A DNA stretch of 64,000 nt from Diadema antillarum (Eukaryota): contig NW_027271236.1 in NCBI RefSeq assembly GCF_040938485.1, positions 62,001-126,000 of the forward strand. Direction: 5' to 3'. Of the stretch, positions 12,774-26,192 are shown one piece after another. Positions within the stretch are counted from its first letter, which is position 1. Every line of letters begins with the position of its first letter. The position numbers and the translations under genes are program-made. The notes beneath the pieces are model-generated. The model was not told the DNA's origin. It did no database searches and saw nothing but the letters and a program-made list of their open reading frames with translations.

Positions 12774-15700
12774 GAGTAGTACCCTGTTATAGGGAAACTG
12801 CTGTACATACTTGCAAGCATACAAATATAATTTTGCAGAGCACTTTCCAATAGAGAATGCAAGTTGATAGATTGTAGGTTGAAACCTGTACCCTCTACAC
12901 ATAGACTTTAGAAGTTTCTGTGTTGGCCATTAATGAAGGCATTTGGTTTTCATGTTTAGTTTCTGTTTCGTAACGCACAATAATGATCACAAGTTATTGA
13001 AGAAAAGTGAAGAGCTGCCATTGTTGCACATTTAGATATTATGCTGCATAGTAGCATAAATGAAGATAGGTCAGTTTACATGTCATATAGTGAGCTATTT
13101 GCGGTCACTTAATGGTTATGACTTGTTTGGTGATACGCTTACAGCTTATCACCTATTTGCATTTGTCATAAATCTTCCGTTTTATCTTTTTTCTTCTTTC
13201 TTTCTGACGTATTTTGTCAATGCTATATCTCTACAATGACTTGACCAATTACTGTAACATGAAAGTTTCAGTCATTTGATCTCATGTCAATATATCGATA
13301 AAGAAAACTTGTCATAGCATTAACTTATATGCGACGTCATTTAGGCGCCATTTTGTGATTTAGAGATGATGTCCAATGATCAATCATATCGTCGTCCTAA
13401 ATGTCATATCTTTATCATTTTTAGTGGAGAAAATGTTCATGTGACGGCTAGTCTTCTTGCACAATACTTGTTAGGTTATCATGACATGCGCGTATGCCAT
13501 CTTAAAGTGACGAGTTTCATATCTCGTGTTGCTTTTCTAGTATACATAATTATGTAAAACTATCGATCTCGGCATTTATGTCAATATGGAATCAACTACA
13601 ATTAAAGGACTTTATTTGATACTTCTCTTGACTTTTGTGTCAGAATAGGAAGTTATTATAGTTTGTTTTGTTTGTTTTTTAGTACTGGAGACTAATTATG
13701 CATTTTGGCTTTTTATTCTAAAGTGTGGGTATGAAGTATATATTCATTCAAAATTAATGTAATCTCAAGACGTATGGAGAATAGTTATTGACCTATATTT
13801 ACATGTCGTACGCAATTCATACAACAGACTTCAAACACTGCATAGTTTAGACTTTGAGGTGCATGTTCAGTACTAAAAGTATGTTAGGACCTCAACAGAA
13901 ATGGACATTGATGGAGTCACTTTGCCTGTAGCAATAACTAAAATCTTGGAAAATGTAATAAAAGTATCAAGGGAGCTACCTTTGAAAATAGCACTTCATA
14001 AAGTCACAAAAATATCATTGCAGGGTGCATGCTACTGTACCCATAAGTGCCCGCTGAAATATGAGTAGAGGTACGCTGTAGCTTTATTAAGAGGGTGAAG
14101 TGTTTTGATCGAACCATTATGAAGTATATTTTTTGGTGATGGATTTAGAGGATGAGTCTGATCCTGCCAAAATGAAACGGGAATCTTCTGCCTGTGGACA
14201 AGGAGAGGTCAATATACCAGATTACAGTCATGCCAGAGACAGCCAGACACATTCAAGCAGTCTTCAAAAAGAATTTATGTCCCCCCCCCCCCCCAAGTAT
14301 TCTCTGCCCTGTGACCCACCTTTACACTTTCTGTGCCCAATGATCCCTAAGTAGGCAACTCTTATTTTGATGTTCCTCATTGGATTTATCCCATCATGCC
14401 TGAGGGCTTAACATGTATTTTTTTGCTTCATTAATCACTACATTCAATATCCTGTATCACCCTGCATCGATGACGGAGATAAAATGTCAAATGCAGGGAT
14501 ACAGTCGTTCATCATAATCAAGTTAATTTCATATAGGGCCTAAATCAAATTACTTGAACTTTCATCAGAATTATTGAACAACACAGCATTTAAGATTCTG
14601 GCTCCTATATTCTGGCTCCTATAGATGGGTAAAAATGGTACATGTATCTAGAGGCCAAAATGTAAAATGCTAAAATTATTATAAGGAGAGACAGAGGAAA
14701 AGAGATAGATGTGTTCAATAGTTATACACGATGCATACATACTAGAACATGGAAAGAGAGGTATTGATTAGTGGTTGATTGATTGTTTGATTGATTTAAT
14801 CAATTGATCAGGATAGATCAAAAGACAAAGTAGATGGGGTGTTACTACATGTGTAGTGTGTATAAAGAAGGGGGATTTTTTTGACTGCATCACTTCCATA
14901 GTACAGGGTAGCACAATTACCTTGTATCGTAAGATGTGTCACATACTTTAACATGGCCCATAATGTCAGTTGAAATTGCTCTGCTATTTGTGGATGTGAC
15001 TACCAAAAGACATCTGAAACGTGATCATGTTTTCAACCCAGGAAGCATTTACAATAAGTGCCTCAAATCTATGGTCCTGTTCGATTGCTTCTTTGAAAAC
15101 ACCATCCACTGCAGGGCTGTATTCATGATTCATACAGATTCCTATTACACATCCTCAGAGGAGTCAATATCAAACTGTGCATTTTGCTACAGACGGTCAT
15201 TCCTTAGCATATAATCTGCACGTGCCCCCAAATATTGCAAGTTAATTTCACAAATATGCCCTCTCCAGCCAGCTGAGTGATATGCATCTGAATCTGATTT
15301 CCGTTCCATCCCAAGTGCGCAGCGCAATTAATTCTCGATTGCTGTGTAGGAATGCGGGAAGGTGCATGAGCATCCAATTTTGAGATGATTTCCTTCCTCC
15401 AGTATTTTACAATCAAACCCCACTCCCTGGCTACAGCATCGTTTCCTCATCGCTGTCTCTACTCCGGATCCCGCTTCCTGGGGGCTGAATGCATACTGCT
15501 GGTTCCTCCCAGGGCAATTTTGTTGGAGAAGTCATCCCACTGTAATTGGTCGTTGAACTCTGGGAGGGCCTTAGCCATGTCTGGTATTGGCCTGCATGCA
15601 TTGCATTATCAGTGGTTTTGTGAATGAAGCTTGTTGAAACTGGTATAGTTGATCAATCAGGGAAATATCTCGATCACAGTGTGATCGAAACTTTGTACAG

Positions 15701-15985
15701 CGGTACCTGTTATAGATAATGCAGAAAATTCAGAAATATTCAAAATACACATGTATGTGTCACTCAAATTTTGAAATGTACCTGTGTTGATTGTGCTATT
15801 GTTTTTTTTTTTGTTTTTTTTTACATTGATCTTTCAAATGAATGAAAGAATTAGTGATGATATTGTTCCAGGGACAGTTGAGGTTATCACTTTGATGCTG
15901 ATGTATCAATGCAGTTTAGAAAGTTTTGTTGTGCTGCAGCACTGTAAGCACACCCAGTGTTTCTGCATCTAGATTCCATCCTTAA

Positions 15986-16374
15986 AGGACAAGTTCACCT
16001 TAATTTATGTTTCACTTTTCTGGCATAATACAAGAGCACTTGACTTCTCTCTTTCAGAAGGCGGGAGAAATAATATTACCCTTAACACATGTCGGTAACG
16101 AGTCGAGGGAATGTGTACTTTTCAACAACAACAAAATTGAATTTGGTGGAATTCTCTTTTTATTTTCTTAAAAACCCTTCTACGCATGTGGCATCACAAA
16201 CTGTAGTAGTTGTTTCTCAACCAGCTATGGCAGCACTTAAACTTTGAAAAATCATAACTTTTGAACAGATAATTCAATTTTCATCAAACTTTCACGTATA
16301 CATGTGTAATACATATATTGCTGAACGGTATACATTCACTCAATCAACTCATGTATGCTAAGGAAAACATGTCT
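15986..16374 (+). mobile_element. Kolobok-like TTAA MITE, internally deleted copy
   Basis: TTAA-AGGACAAGTTCACCTT start and degenerate ...CATGTCT-TTAA end; interior matches 48240-48808. Confidence 0.75.
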
Positions 16375-16501
16375 TTAAATCTCACCCAGTAACAAAGACA
16401 CATGGACATGCTTGCACAGAACCCTGCAGTTGATCTCTAGGGTCCAGACATAATGTCAATGTACACTGTAGTAACTTACCAAACTCCCGTATAAGGTGTA
16501 G

Positions 16502-16714
16502 TACTGTAAAAGTGGATATTTTCGTGTGACTAATTTTTCGCGCTTGGCCGGGTCGGAAGAGTTTCGCGTGTTTTTAATTCCGCGGAATCAAGACATCACG
16601 CACAGGCACATATTGCAAGCAAAAATATTCGCATGCTTTTATTTTCGCGCTAGTTTCTGGTTGCGCGAAATGCGCGAAAATTTGAACACCGCGAAAATTT
16701 CCACTTTTACAGTA
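16502..16714 (+). mobile_element. Tc1/mariner-type MITE, copy B
   Basis: Same TIRs and interior as copy A. Confidence 0.9.
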
Positions 16715-18921
16715 TACGAATAATTTATGAGTTGTGAGTGCATTAGGGCACGAATATCGCACGAGGCGCGAGATAAGCCACTGGTCTATTCAACAAGGCG
16801 GGAACAGAAATTGAGGAAAAAATGCTGAAATGAAAATGAAAATTATTCAACTGGGCATATGCGGGCACTAATCTGATATATCTATCAGTAAAGAATTATA
16901 CTTGAAGATTATTACATGTTAGTTTCATTTGGGGAAATAAAGTCGAAAAGTGATAAAATCAGCTTTCCAGGATGATACAGTTTTAAACATTTTCACATAA
17001 TACAGCTCTGATTGACATTTTTGCGCAAATTTCTGAAAGGAATTGATTTTTGTTTTACATGCTTTATTATTAAGTGAAATTTCATTTCATGTAATAAATA
17101 GATTTATAAGCAAAATATAGCCAACATTATGATAATGTTCAAAATGAATCTTCAGATTGCTCAGCAAGAGGGCGGCTTGGAACAACGATCATCAAAGGCA
17201 CAAGTGCACCGGTGGAATTCTTTTGTACATCAATAGAAATCTGACAACTGTTTGAATAAATTACAGCCAGTTGGAACTCCATGTATAAAACCTCCTTGGT
17301 ATAACACACATATAAAATACACACGCATACACACATTCAGCACACACCACATGTGCACAGCATGTACAATGTATGATAATGAGCTTCAAAGGAGACATTC
17401 TAATTTTATGTTGAGAGATGGTGGAAAGACGTGAAATCTTTCCTCCCACACAAAACCTGAAAGTGGCATGTTTATAGTTGATAGGCACTACATCTATGGC
17501 ATGCATGATGACATCCTATAAAGATCACACATGCTCCATACTACAAACAATGTACATTTGCCAGTATATCCTTTTTTTTTTTCTACATGATGTCAACGCT
17601 TGGGTTTGCTTGCAATCAAAGCTTCTATGGGACAGTATGTGTGGATAGCAATTGTCAAATTTGCTGGTTTCCACTGCATTGTTGGTGCCCACTCATTCAT
17701 AGCAGGCATGTCTACAGTTCAAGATAAACACTGTCGTGTTGGTGATTCGGTGGCATTGTGTAAACTTTCCCACACTATGTCAAGATTTTGCACAAACTGT
17801 CATGCCAAATAACAGTCCTTTCTTTTCTCTCTCTCTTTCCAATCCCACACTTGACTCTTATTCCATGGCAGGGATTCAGAAAATCCTTTTCTTGAGATTG
17901 GACAAGTCAACAACAACAGTAACAAAAGTGCTGGAATAGATAGTGCCACCCTCAACTGCTTTTAAATGCAGTTTATGTGCCGAGTTGTAAACAATGCTTT
18001 TTATACCCTCCATACCTTGACTTTAGCACGTACTTCACCACACATTTAAAAGAAAATACTCTGTATGACAGTGATTAGAGTGCACAATGGCATTCAAGAA
18101 TGATTCCCCCCCCCCCCCCAAATCTGTGAACCATTAAAGTTTCTGGGGCACTCTAAATACTAATGGTTATCACTGATACAACATATGACCAATTAGTGTC
18201 AAACTACTGCTGTGACATAGATCTAGAAGAAATAGACAGGTGCTGGAATATTCTTGAATTTCATTGAATGCCCAGTACATAATTCTAGTGACAGTGGACA
18301 ACAGGGCAAATTTGATTGAGAGTGGCGACATGAATTTCTCTCATCTTCTCAGGGAAACATAGATGAATAAACTTACACGAGGGTGCAATATAAGTTTGCA
18401 ATTACTTCAAATGTAAGGTAAAAAAGATTTACATATAGTTGCTACAGTGAAAAATAGACCTGTATGTACCAAAACTCAAAACTCTTCTTTGGGTTTGTGC
18501 ACAAATGTGGATGATAATAATGATGATGAACAGCTTTGTATGTTTCACTATTTATCTGTATAATATTCAAAGGTGCCCGGCTCTCACAGAGTGTCACACA
18601 TCTTTCACAAAGTTGCTGGAAAAAAACAGGTCTTCAGTTCAGATTTCAAGGTCTAGCATTGAGTTTGGTTTGCACCAAGCTGTCTGGCATGTGGAGTTAT
18701 TGTGCTGTGTAGATACCATCTACAAAAGCCATTGATTGTATTCTTCATTTTATCACACTCTATTGGATTGCATACCTAGAATGTGACGTCCGCATTATAT
18801 ATTTGGAAGCAGCTAGGGGAACAACTGAATAGATAATGTGTTTTGATGGCTTGACTGAGTGCTGGATGGTATTGCAGCCTTTTACCTCAAGCAATTAATT
18901 TACATCCTTTGGACAATATAA

Positions 18922-19143
<222 letters not shown>

Positions 19144-19795
19144 TGAGGACATGAAGGAATGGAAGTTTGGGTGCAGTACCAACAACTGAGAGTAAATTTG
19201 GATGTCTTTTTTTTTTTCCAACTCAATTTCAAAGAGTCATAACCTTGGGTCATATTTTTACTTAATTATCAAAGTGCTTTTTCATGATGGGGCAGTGAAC
19301 TATTATGCATAGAAAATGTTGAGTTGTTTGTGTAGGATGCTTTGAGATCGTTTTGAATGAGGCAGAATAGTGGGGTACAAAGCTAGAGTACTCCTTTTCC
19401 AATGTGTACTGTCTTTGCCATGTTGCAGCTCAGTATCCAGACTCATCTTGGTTTTTTTTTTCTTCTTTAGATAATTATTTACCTTATTCTTTACCCAAGT
19501 TACAATGAATGCATTCATAGTCAAGGTGGGGAGCACTACCATTATTTACAACACTAGAGCATCTTTGTCATCCACTCACCTAGTATATGTAGGGGCTTAT
19601 AAGTAAAAAGACTTGTAAATATATTTAAGTATGCAAATTGAATTAGCATGACATTTATTGGAGCTTGATCAGCCCACAGCCTGGATACTAGACTAACTAC
19701 TGACATACATTAACTTCTGTCAGATCCTGACATCAAGTCCCGAGAAGTAATAGGTGACTCTCCATGTATCCATTAAACGTCTTTCTTTATGATAG

Positions 19796-20026
19796 GCTAT
19801 CCCTACCATGCACCGGAGGCATACTTTCCCTACTTCAGAAAACACAACATCACAGCGATAGTCCGGCTGAACAAGAAGATCTACGACGCCAGGCGGTTCA
19901 CCGACGCCGGCTTCGACCACTACGATCTGTTCTTCATCGACGGCAGCACGCCCAGCGACGCCATCCTCCAGAAGTTCCTCACGTTATCAGAGAATGCTGA
20001 GGGAGCCCTTGCAGTCCATTGTAAAG
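19796..20026 (+). CDS. CDC14: CDC14 exon (G)[76 protein letters not shown](A)
   Basis: gatag acceptor and GTGAGG donor; 231 nt, phase 1 to 1. Contains the DGSTP acid loop and the HC of the catalytic motif. Confidence 0.98.
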
Positions 20027-20280
20027 GTGAGGCTGGTGTGATGTTCTTATATCATGTATGTGTGATGTCTTCTCTAACACTGAGTTGTATAGGGTTCAGT
20101 TCAACTGTGTAATGGCAGAAGTTCATGAGATATATCTATTTGGAAAGTCAGTGCTTGGGTGATAACTTCACTAGCTCATATATTTAGCCAAAGTATTCAT
20201 TTTTAGTTTGTGGGTAATGAGCACCAGAGGATGATTCTGACATATGAAACAAGCAAGTGCCCAGAGGGGATGCATGTATA

Positions 20281-21088
20281 CGGGTAATTCCATGAAGTTG
20301 GGGCAGTGTCCATGTAGCATCATGATATTTGAAAAATACATTTCAGCATAACTCAATATTAATTATGCTATACATTTATTGTTTGTAGACTTTACATTTG
20401 CATTGAGGCCACACATTTTCCTGGAAATTTTGTGCCATTCAGACTCAATTTTGATGAGGTTATTAAACAATATGTAACGGTGTCCTGTAGCATCGTGACG
20501 TGTCCATGTAGCATCGTGAAATTTTAACATTTGGTCCTAAGAGACAAATTATGGCAATTAGCTTGACCAAAATTTGATGCAATATGCATATTTATTAGAT
20601 TAGTCAGATAGCTAAATATCTCAAATTTCCTGTACACAGTTTTAATTCTAAAAGAAAATTACAAAATGTATCACGATGCTACGCGGTGTCCTTTTTTGTT
20701 ACATTAGGTTGACACCGTGTAGCATAGTGACACATTGTGTAATTTTCTTGTATAAGTAAAACTGTGGAAAATAGAGTTAAGATATTTAGCTATCTGACCA
20801 ATCTAGTAATTATGCATATTATATCAAATTTTGGTCGAGCTAATTGCATTAATTTGTCGTTTAGGACCAGATTTTAACTATCACGATGCTACATGGACAC
20901 GTCACGATGCTACAGGACACTGTTACATTTTTTAAAAATAACTTCATCAAAATTGAGTGTGAATGGCACAAAATTTCCAGGAAAATGTATGGTCTCAATA
21001 CAAATGTAAAGCCTATAAAGATAGCATAATTAGTATTGAGGTATGCTAATATGTAACACTTTGTGTCCCAACTTCACGGAATTACCCA
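20281..21088. mobile_element. 808-bp fold-back (palindromic) element with TA TSD
   Basis: TA-CGGGTAATTCCATGAAGTTGGG ... CCCAACTTCACGGAATTACCCA-TA. The arms are reverse-complementary over ~400 bp. Confidence 0.9.
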
Positions 21089-21205
21089 TACATATATGTC
21101 GAGCCAAAAGTTAGGCTACTTCTAAATCTGCAGTCAAGGATTCTGTAGTATAATTACGACAAAGGGTCTTACACGCTTCGGGGACCCCCCCCCCCCCCTT
21201 CATTA

Positions 21206-21418
21206 TACTGTAAAAGTGGAAATTTTCGCAGTGTTGAAATTTTCGCGCATTTCGCGCAACCGCAAGCTAGCGCGAAAATAAAAGCACGCGAATATTTTTG
21301 CGTGCCATATGTCCCAGTTGTTGATGTCTTGATTCCGCGGAATTAATAACACGCGAAACTCTTCTTACGTGGGCAAGCGCGAAAAATTAGTCGCGCGAAA
21401 ATATCCACTTTTACAGTA
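21206..21418 (-). mobile_element. Tc1/mariner-type MITE, copy C (inverted relative to A, B, D)
   Basis: Same TIRs; the interior is the reverse complement of A and B. Confidence 0.9.
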
Positions 21419-21419
21419 A

Positions 21420-21504
21420 CCCGTTGAGGACAGACTGACTTTGCTACAACATGCATTTCCCATTGACCCCTGCTTGAGTATACTCGGGACTCGTCTTCAA
21501 CGGG
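21420..21504. mobile_element. 85-bp piggyBac-like MITE
   Basis: CCCGTTGAGGAC ... GTCTTCAACGGG-TTAA; second copy at 28280. Confidence 0.75.
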
Positions 21505-24500
21505 TTAACTGTCTTAACACATACTCCACTCCTCTCCAACCCTTCCTGAAGGACACAGGGGTAGCTACATTCGCATCATATGCAGCCTTTTGAATGTCAT
21601 GTCTGCATGTACAAAACTTCGGGATGAGGGTTGATTGATAGCAAGGAGTGGAGTTGTGGAGGAACGTAACCAGACAAAGACACAAGAATTAATGAGTAAG
21701 GAAATGCCAGTCACTAAAGATAGCTGAACCAGACTGAACAGCTGGTCTTCAGCAATTGAGAACGAAAGAAATGGATGGAGAAAGTTGATGTGTACAGACA
21801 GGAAAACGAAGAGGCTTCGGAAAGAGGAGACTGTGACTAAAAGACAAAAAGGATGAGAAGTTGAGGGATAGGAAAATACAAACTTGTAATTGAAGAAAGA
21901 GAGAGAGAGGAGAGAGAGAGAGGTGGACTGGAGAAATTAAGTTACAGCTGAAATGAGACTACTGCAAAGCTGGGATTCCCCATAAATTGCATCATGGGAT
22001 ATTGCTCACGAGTGTATATTTGCATATCACACTTTCTTGATCTTGTGTTTGGGGTACTTCGTAGTATTTAATGCCTTACCATATTTTAGTGCTGTTCGAT
22101 TGCTCAAATCTCTTGAGATAGTACACTTCATGTTAGAGTGAGTAGGGTCTTGTTTGCACTTGGGTGAAATTGTTTTTGACTGGTTAGGTTTAAAACAAGA
22201 TCAGAAACACTTTTGCATGTGCATCATAGTGTAGAAAAGTATTACAATTGCATGAAATTGACATTTCAATTACCCTCAAAATTTAGGGTCAACCTACTGA
22301 CTCTCAGCAATGCAGAATTTAAAGCTTTTTGATAGAAAAATGGTCATAGCTTAAATTGCAACCGGAACACTATAATTATTAAGAGGCATTGAAACTGATT
22401 GGATTTTCAGAGCCCTTTGATATGCATGTGACATGGTTTTAAAGATCATGAAAGGTAACATTGAAATTATGACTGTAATCATTTTAGAAGACCATTTAAA
22501 AAATAGTAGTGATAATTGTAAATTACAGATTTGATGTGTCAGAAGTTTGAGTTATGCTGTATTACCTCACATAAGTTGCTTAATACCTTACATCAGGTGA
22601 AGGACAGGCTAACTTGACGATCTCGAGGGAATCATAATTCCCACAACCTCCGCCAACTCTCTGTATTTTCTCCTGTCATTAGGGAAGCATTAGATCACAG
22701 ATGAGTTTTACAGAGCTAATGTAGTGACACAATTTGATCATTACGAGGCTGAATGGCTGTGTGATTAATGCACCGCGGTGTAATACCCGTACATGTGTGC
22801 CGTGTGTAGCATGATGCTCAGCAGTAAATTCAACCTCTGCCTGAGTGAGGGAAAATATACGGGCATCTATTGTGCATGTAAGCACATACAAAATTAGTCA
22901 TGATACTAAATTTGATAGTGTCAGTTTATTTTTCCTCCTAGTTTCGCGTAAATATGTGAATAGAAACATTTTGTATTTATATAAGTAATACAATATTAAG
23001 TGCCATGAAGTAGAATTCCTCAATATAAACTATGAATAGATGTCAATCAAATAAAGAATGTGCAAGTATCGCTTACTTATGAAAGATTTCCATTCTCAGT
23101 CTTGTTTGCAATCATCATAACAATGATGTAACTTATTCTTTAACGGCATATAGTTGAAGTGATACTACAGTTGTCTGCCACATAGGAAAATATGCATCTC
23201 TCCAGTCTATTCCTTCTTTTGTTTCCAAACTCCATTTCTATTCAATTGTTGACAGAACCTATTTGTATGTCATACTCTGCCCACATGTAAGACGTTTGTA
23301 GGGGTGCAATGTAGCATCAAAGTATCTTTGCATGTTTCTGACACTGTGATAGTGTTGCTTCTTTGAGTTTGTTGGTTACCATGCAAACTTTCTTCATTAT
23401 TACAGTCTATGCTAGATGTTATTTGTTTTTCTTTGTAGGCTGTTGTAGGTCATGATCAAAGTAGGTCAGAGTTTCTGGTTTCCTTCAGGGTAAAATCTTT
23501 GTGATATCAACAGCTCTATTACAAACATTGACCTGAGAAATTCTCAATAGTTTATCGCTTGGAATTGGAAATGAATCTTTCCCTGTGAGTAGCAAGGCAT
23601 GGAACTTGACCGTCATGTTTATATCTAGTGGCAGTCCTGGACCTTAATATTTAGAAGCCAGCACACTAGCATCCACTGTATTGCAGTGTTAGAGGAGAAT
23701 GCTGGGCATCACCCCATCGGTGAGAAATCCCAAGAGAAATACCCATTGATTTTGATGTGCGAAATCAATAGTATAAATCTCTCTGAACGACCTTGTATGT
23801 GTTCTCTTGGAATTCCTTCTATTGTTTCTTTTGTTTGGTCACCCATTCTTTGAGTTGTGTATTGTGGTAACTCGCAATCCAATTGGTGTGATATGGTCAC
23901 TTATCATTGCATTGCTTAATACTTGGCAATACAAAGAATACAAGTGTATTTCTTCACTGGTCCCCGTGGAATATACATGTACAAAATTGTATAGGCATAA
24001 GTCCCACTGTAAAGGTGGGCAAGGTCCTCATAATGTATTGGAACAGGAAAGGGCCCCATACTTCATCAAAACAGGCAAGGGCCCCATACTTTATTAAAAC
24101 AGACAAGAGCCCATTCATTTTTTGAGTATTGCCTGACAATAAGTTGTAGCTGCCCTGTCGGTCAAATGGGTGCTTAAAGCACCCTGGCTGTTATTACTTT
24201 TATTTCCACTAATATTGGATTGTGTATTTTGCTATATTGTAGTAGATACTAATCTGAAGTACCACTGTATTGAGATAAGAAATATTACCTTCAAAGCCAG
24301 ACTATGTCATCAGTATAAACTTTAGAACTTTATGCTGCAGAGTTTATTCCAACAATGTATTAAGACCTGTATGTTACCAAGTTTGCCAATAATTTTTAGG
24401 TTGTGATTTATTATGAAAACGGGGAGGTGACCATCGTTTATAAGTGATAAGTGAACAAATAAATTGGTATATTGTTGTAAGCCCACAACTGTTTAAATTA

Positions 24501-24933
24501 CTTGAGTAGAAGATGCATGGGAATCTTCCACAAACGATAATGTTATGTATTCTATGTAGTATGATTTGGTAGTCTCGTTAATGGATGGTGATTACAAAAA
24601 GTTTACACAGCAGAGAACCTCTTGTGCTGTTTATCAATTTAATATGTATTTTACACAAACTGGATAAGAGCTAGTAATTTTTTTTGGTTATTTAATTCAC
24701 AAATAGCACACAGCATGCAAAATTTGTGCGAGAAAACCCTGCAAAATATAGCGGTGACAGTAGTGTGTCTATAACAAAGTTCTGTGATGAAATGCAGAGA
24801 TTGAGGGGATAATGCAATGAGCAAGGTTATTCTGTAGTTTGGTCATTTTATCCGACTTTGATGATATACGTCAAAACTCTGGATGACGTTAGAATTTTCC
24901 CTCCTTTTTTTCTTTGGTTGCCATGGTTTCCAG

Positions 24934-25072
24934 CCGGCCTTGGGCGGACAGGCACACTGATAGGCTGCTACATCATGAAGCACTACCGGTTCACGGCGGC
25001 TGAGACCATTGCCTGGATTAGGATATGTAGGCCAGGCTCTGTCATTGGGCCTCAGCAGCACTATATGGAGGA
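24934..25072 (+). CDS. CDC14: CDC14 exon (A)[45 protein letters not shown](E)
   Basis: ttccag acceptor and GTGAGT donor; 139 nt, phase 1 to 2. Completes HCKAGLGRT (CX5R) with the previous exon. Confidence 0.98.
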
Positions 25073-26044
25073 GTGAGTATCCATACAATTGACTGATTTA
25101 CTATCAAATGTAGTCAAATTTATTATTGTTTCGTTTATTTGGTCCAAGTAACAAGCTTTCCCATTAAACTGTTCCTAATGGATAAACTTCAGTACTTGGT
25201 ATCCATCCTGTATGCATTAATTGTTGTAATGTTGGGCAAGCCTTGGGCAAACTTTATGGTTGCCAGGAACAATCCTTGTGTAAAAGATATGCATGGAATT
25301 TGAATGTGTTTGTAAACGAGTCTATTTGGGGTTTATTTATAGGGATGATATAACTGTAGCACATGAAACAGTATAAATTCAAACAAATCAGAGCAAAATG
25401 TTGACATCTTTAAATGATGTACGGTATTTTCTCATTGTTATGCAACAGTGATACAGCTGACCTTGTGCCATTCAGTTAGACAAGGAAATGAATGCCCCTC
25501 ATCTTTCTTCTCACTGTTAAAAAGGATAATCACTTTTTTCAAAGACTCTAAAGCAACTGTGAACCTCTCTCAACGTAGAGTCATTGTTGCGAATTCATGT
25601 AACTCTTGATGAATTTGATGTAGGGGATGCATTTTCTCCTTTTTTAATCAGTTTCTTGAAATGAATGGTGTTTTTTTTAGAGAACAGCATACACTCCAAT
25701 TGATGATTTTTGAGGCAATAACATTGCATGTGATTTGCTTGTATGGTTTCCACTTACATTTTGCCCCTAGTGAAAACATATGATACTATACATTGTAACA
25801 ATTTACAGTGTGTTTACTTTGAATGAAATGTAATTCTACTACCGTTTGATTGCACACTTTTATCAAAGTCATCTGGAATACAGTTTTCCCTGTTCCGTCA
25901 TAACATGCCTTAAATCTACCCAAAAAGAAACTGGAGTACAAATATATTATCTCTCTGAAGCATGGGAATGAAATCTGTGTATTCTGACCTTAGCTTGCTA
26001 TAACAGTGTGTGTAATTGTTCTTGTGTGTTTTTCTCCCTCTCAG

Positions 26045-26192
26045 GAAGCAAGCCAGTATGTGGGTACAAGGTGACATCTTTAGGAAGAAGGCTAGAGAGG
26101 GACAGGTTGCAAATAAGAACAGCGTGTCGAGGATACTCAGCGCTGTGGACGACATCACCATCAACGACAACGACCGGACGATGCCGTACGGG
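26045..26192 (+). CDS. CDC14: CDC14 exon (E)KQASMWVQGDIFRKKAREGQVANKNSVSRILSAVDDITINDNDRTMPYG
   Basis: Polypyrimidine tract plus cag acceptor, GTGAGT donor; 148 nt, phase 2 to 0. KQAS.WVQGDIFR and I.S..DD..I match CDC14A. Confidence 0.95.

Noticed and set aside
12633-16762. Similar ORFs ending YCKSGNF...RDVLIPRN (12633-12902, 16574-16762)
   Set aside because: Chance translations of Tc1-type MITE copies, too short for a transposase.
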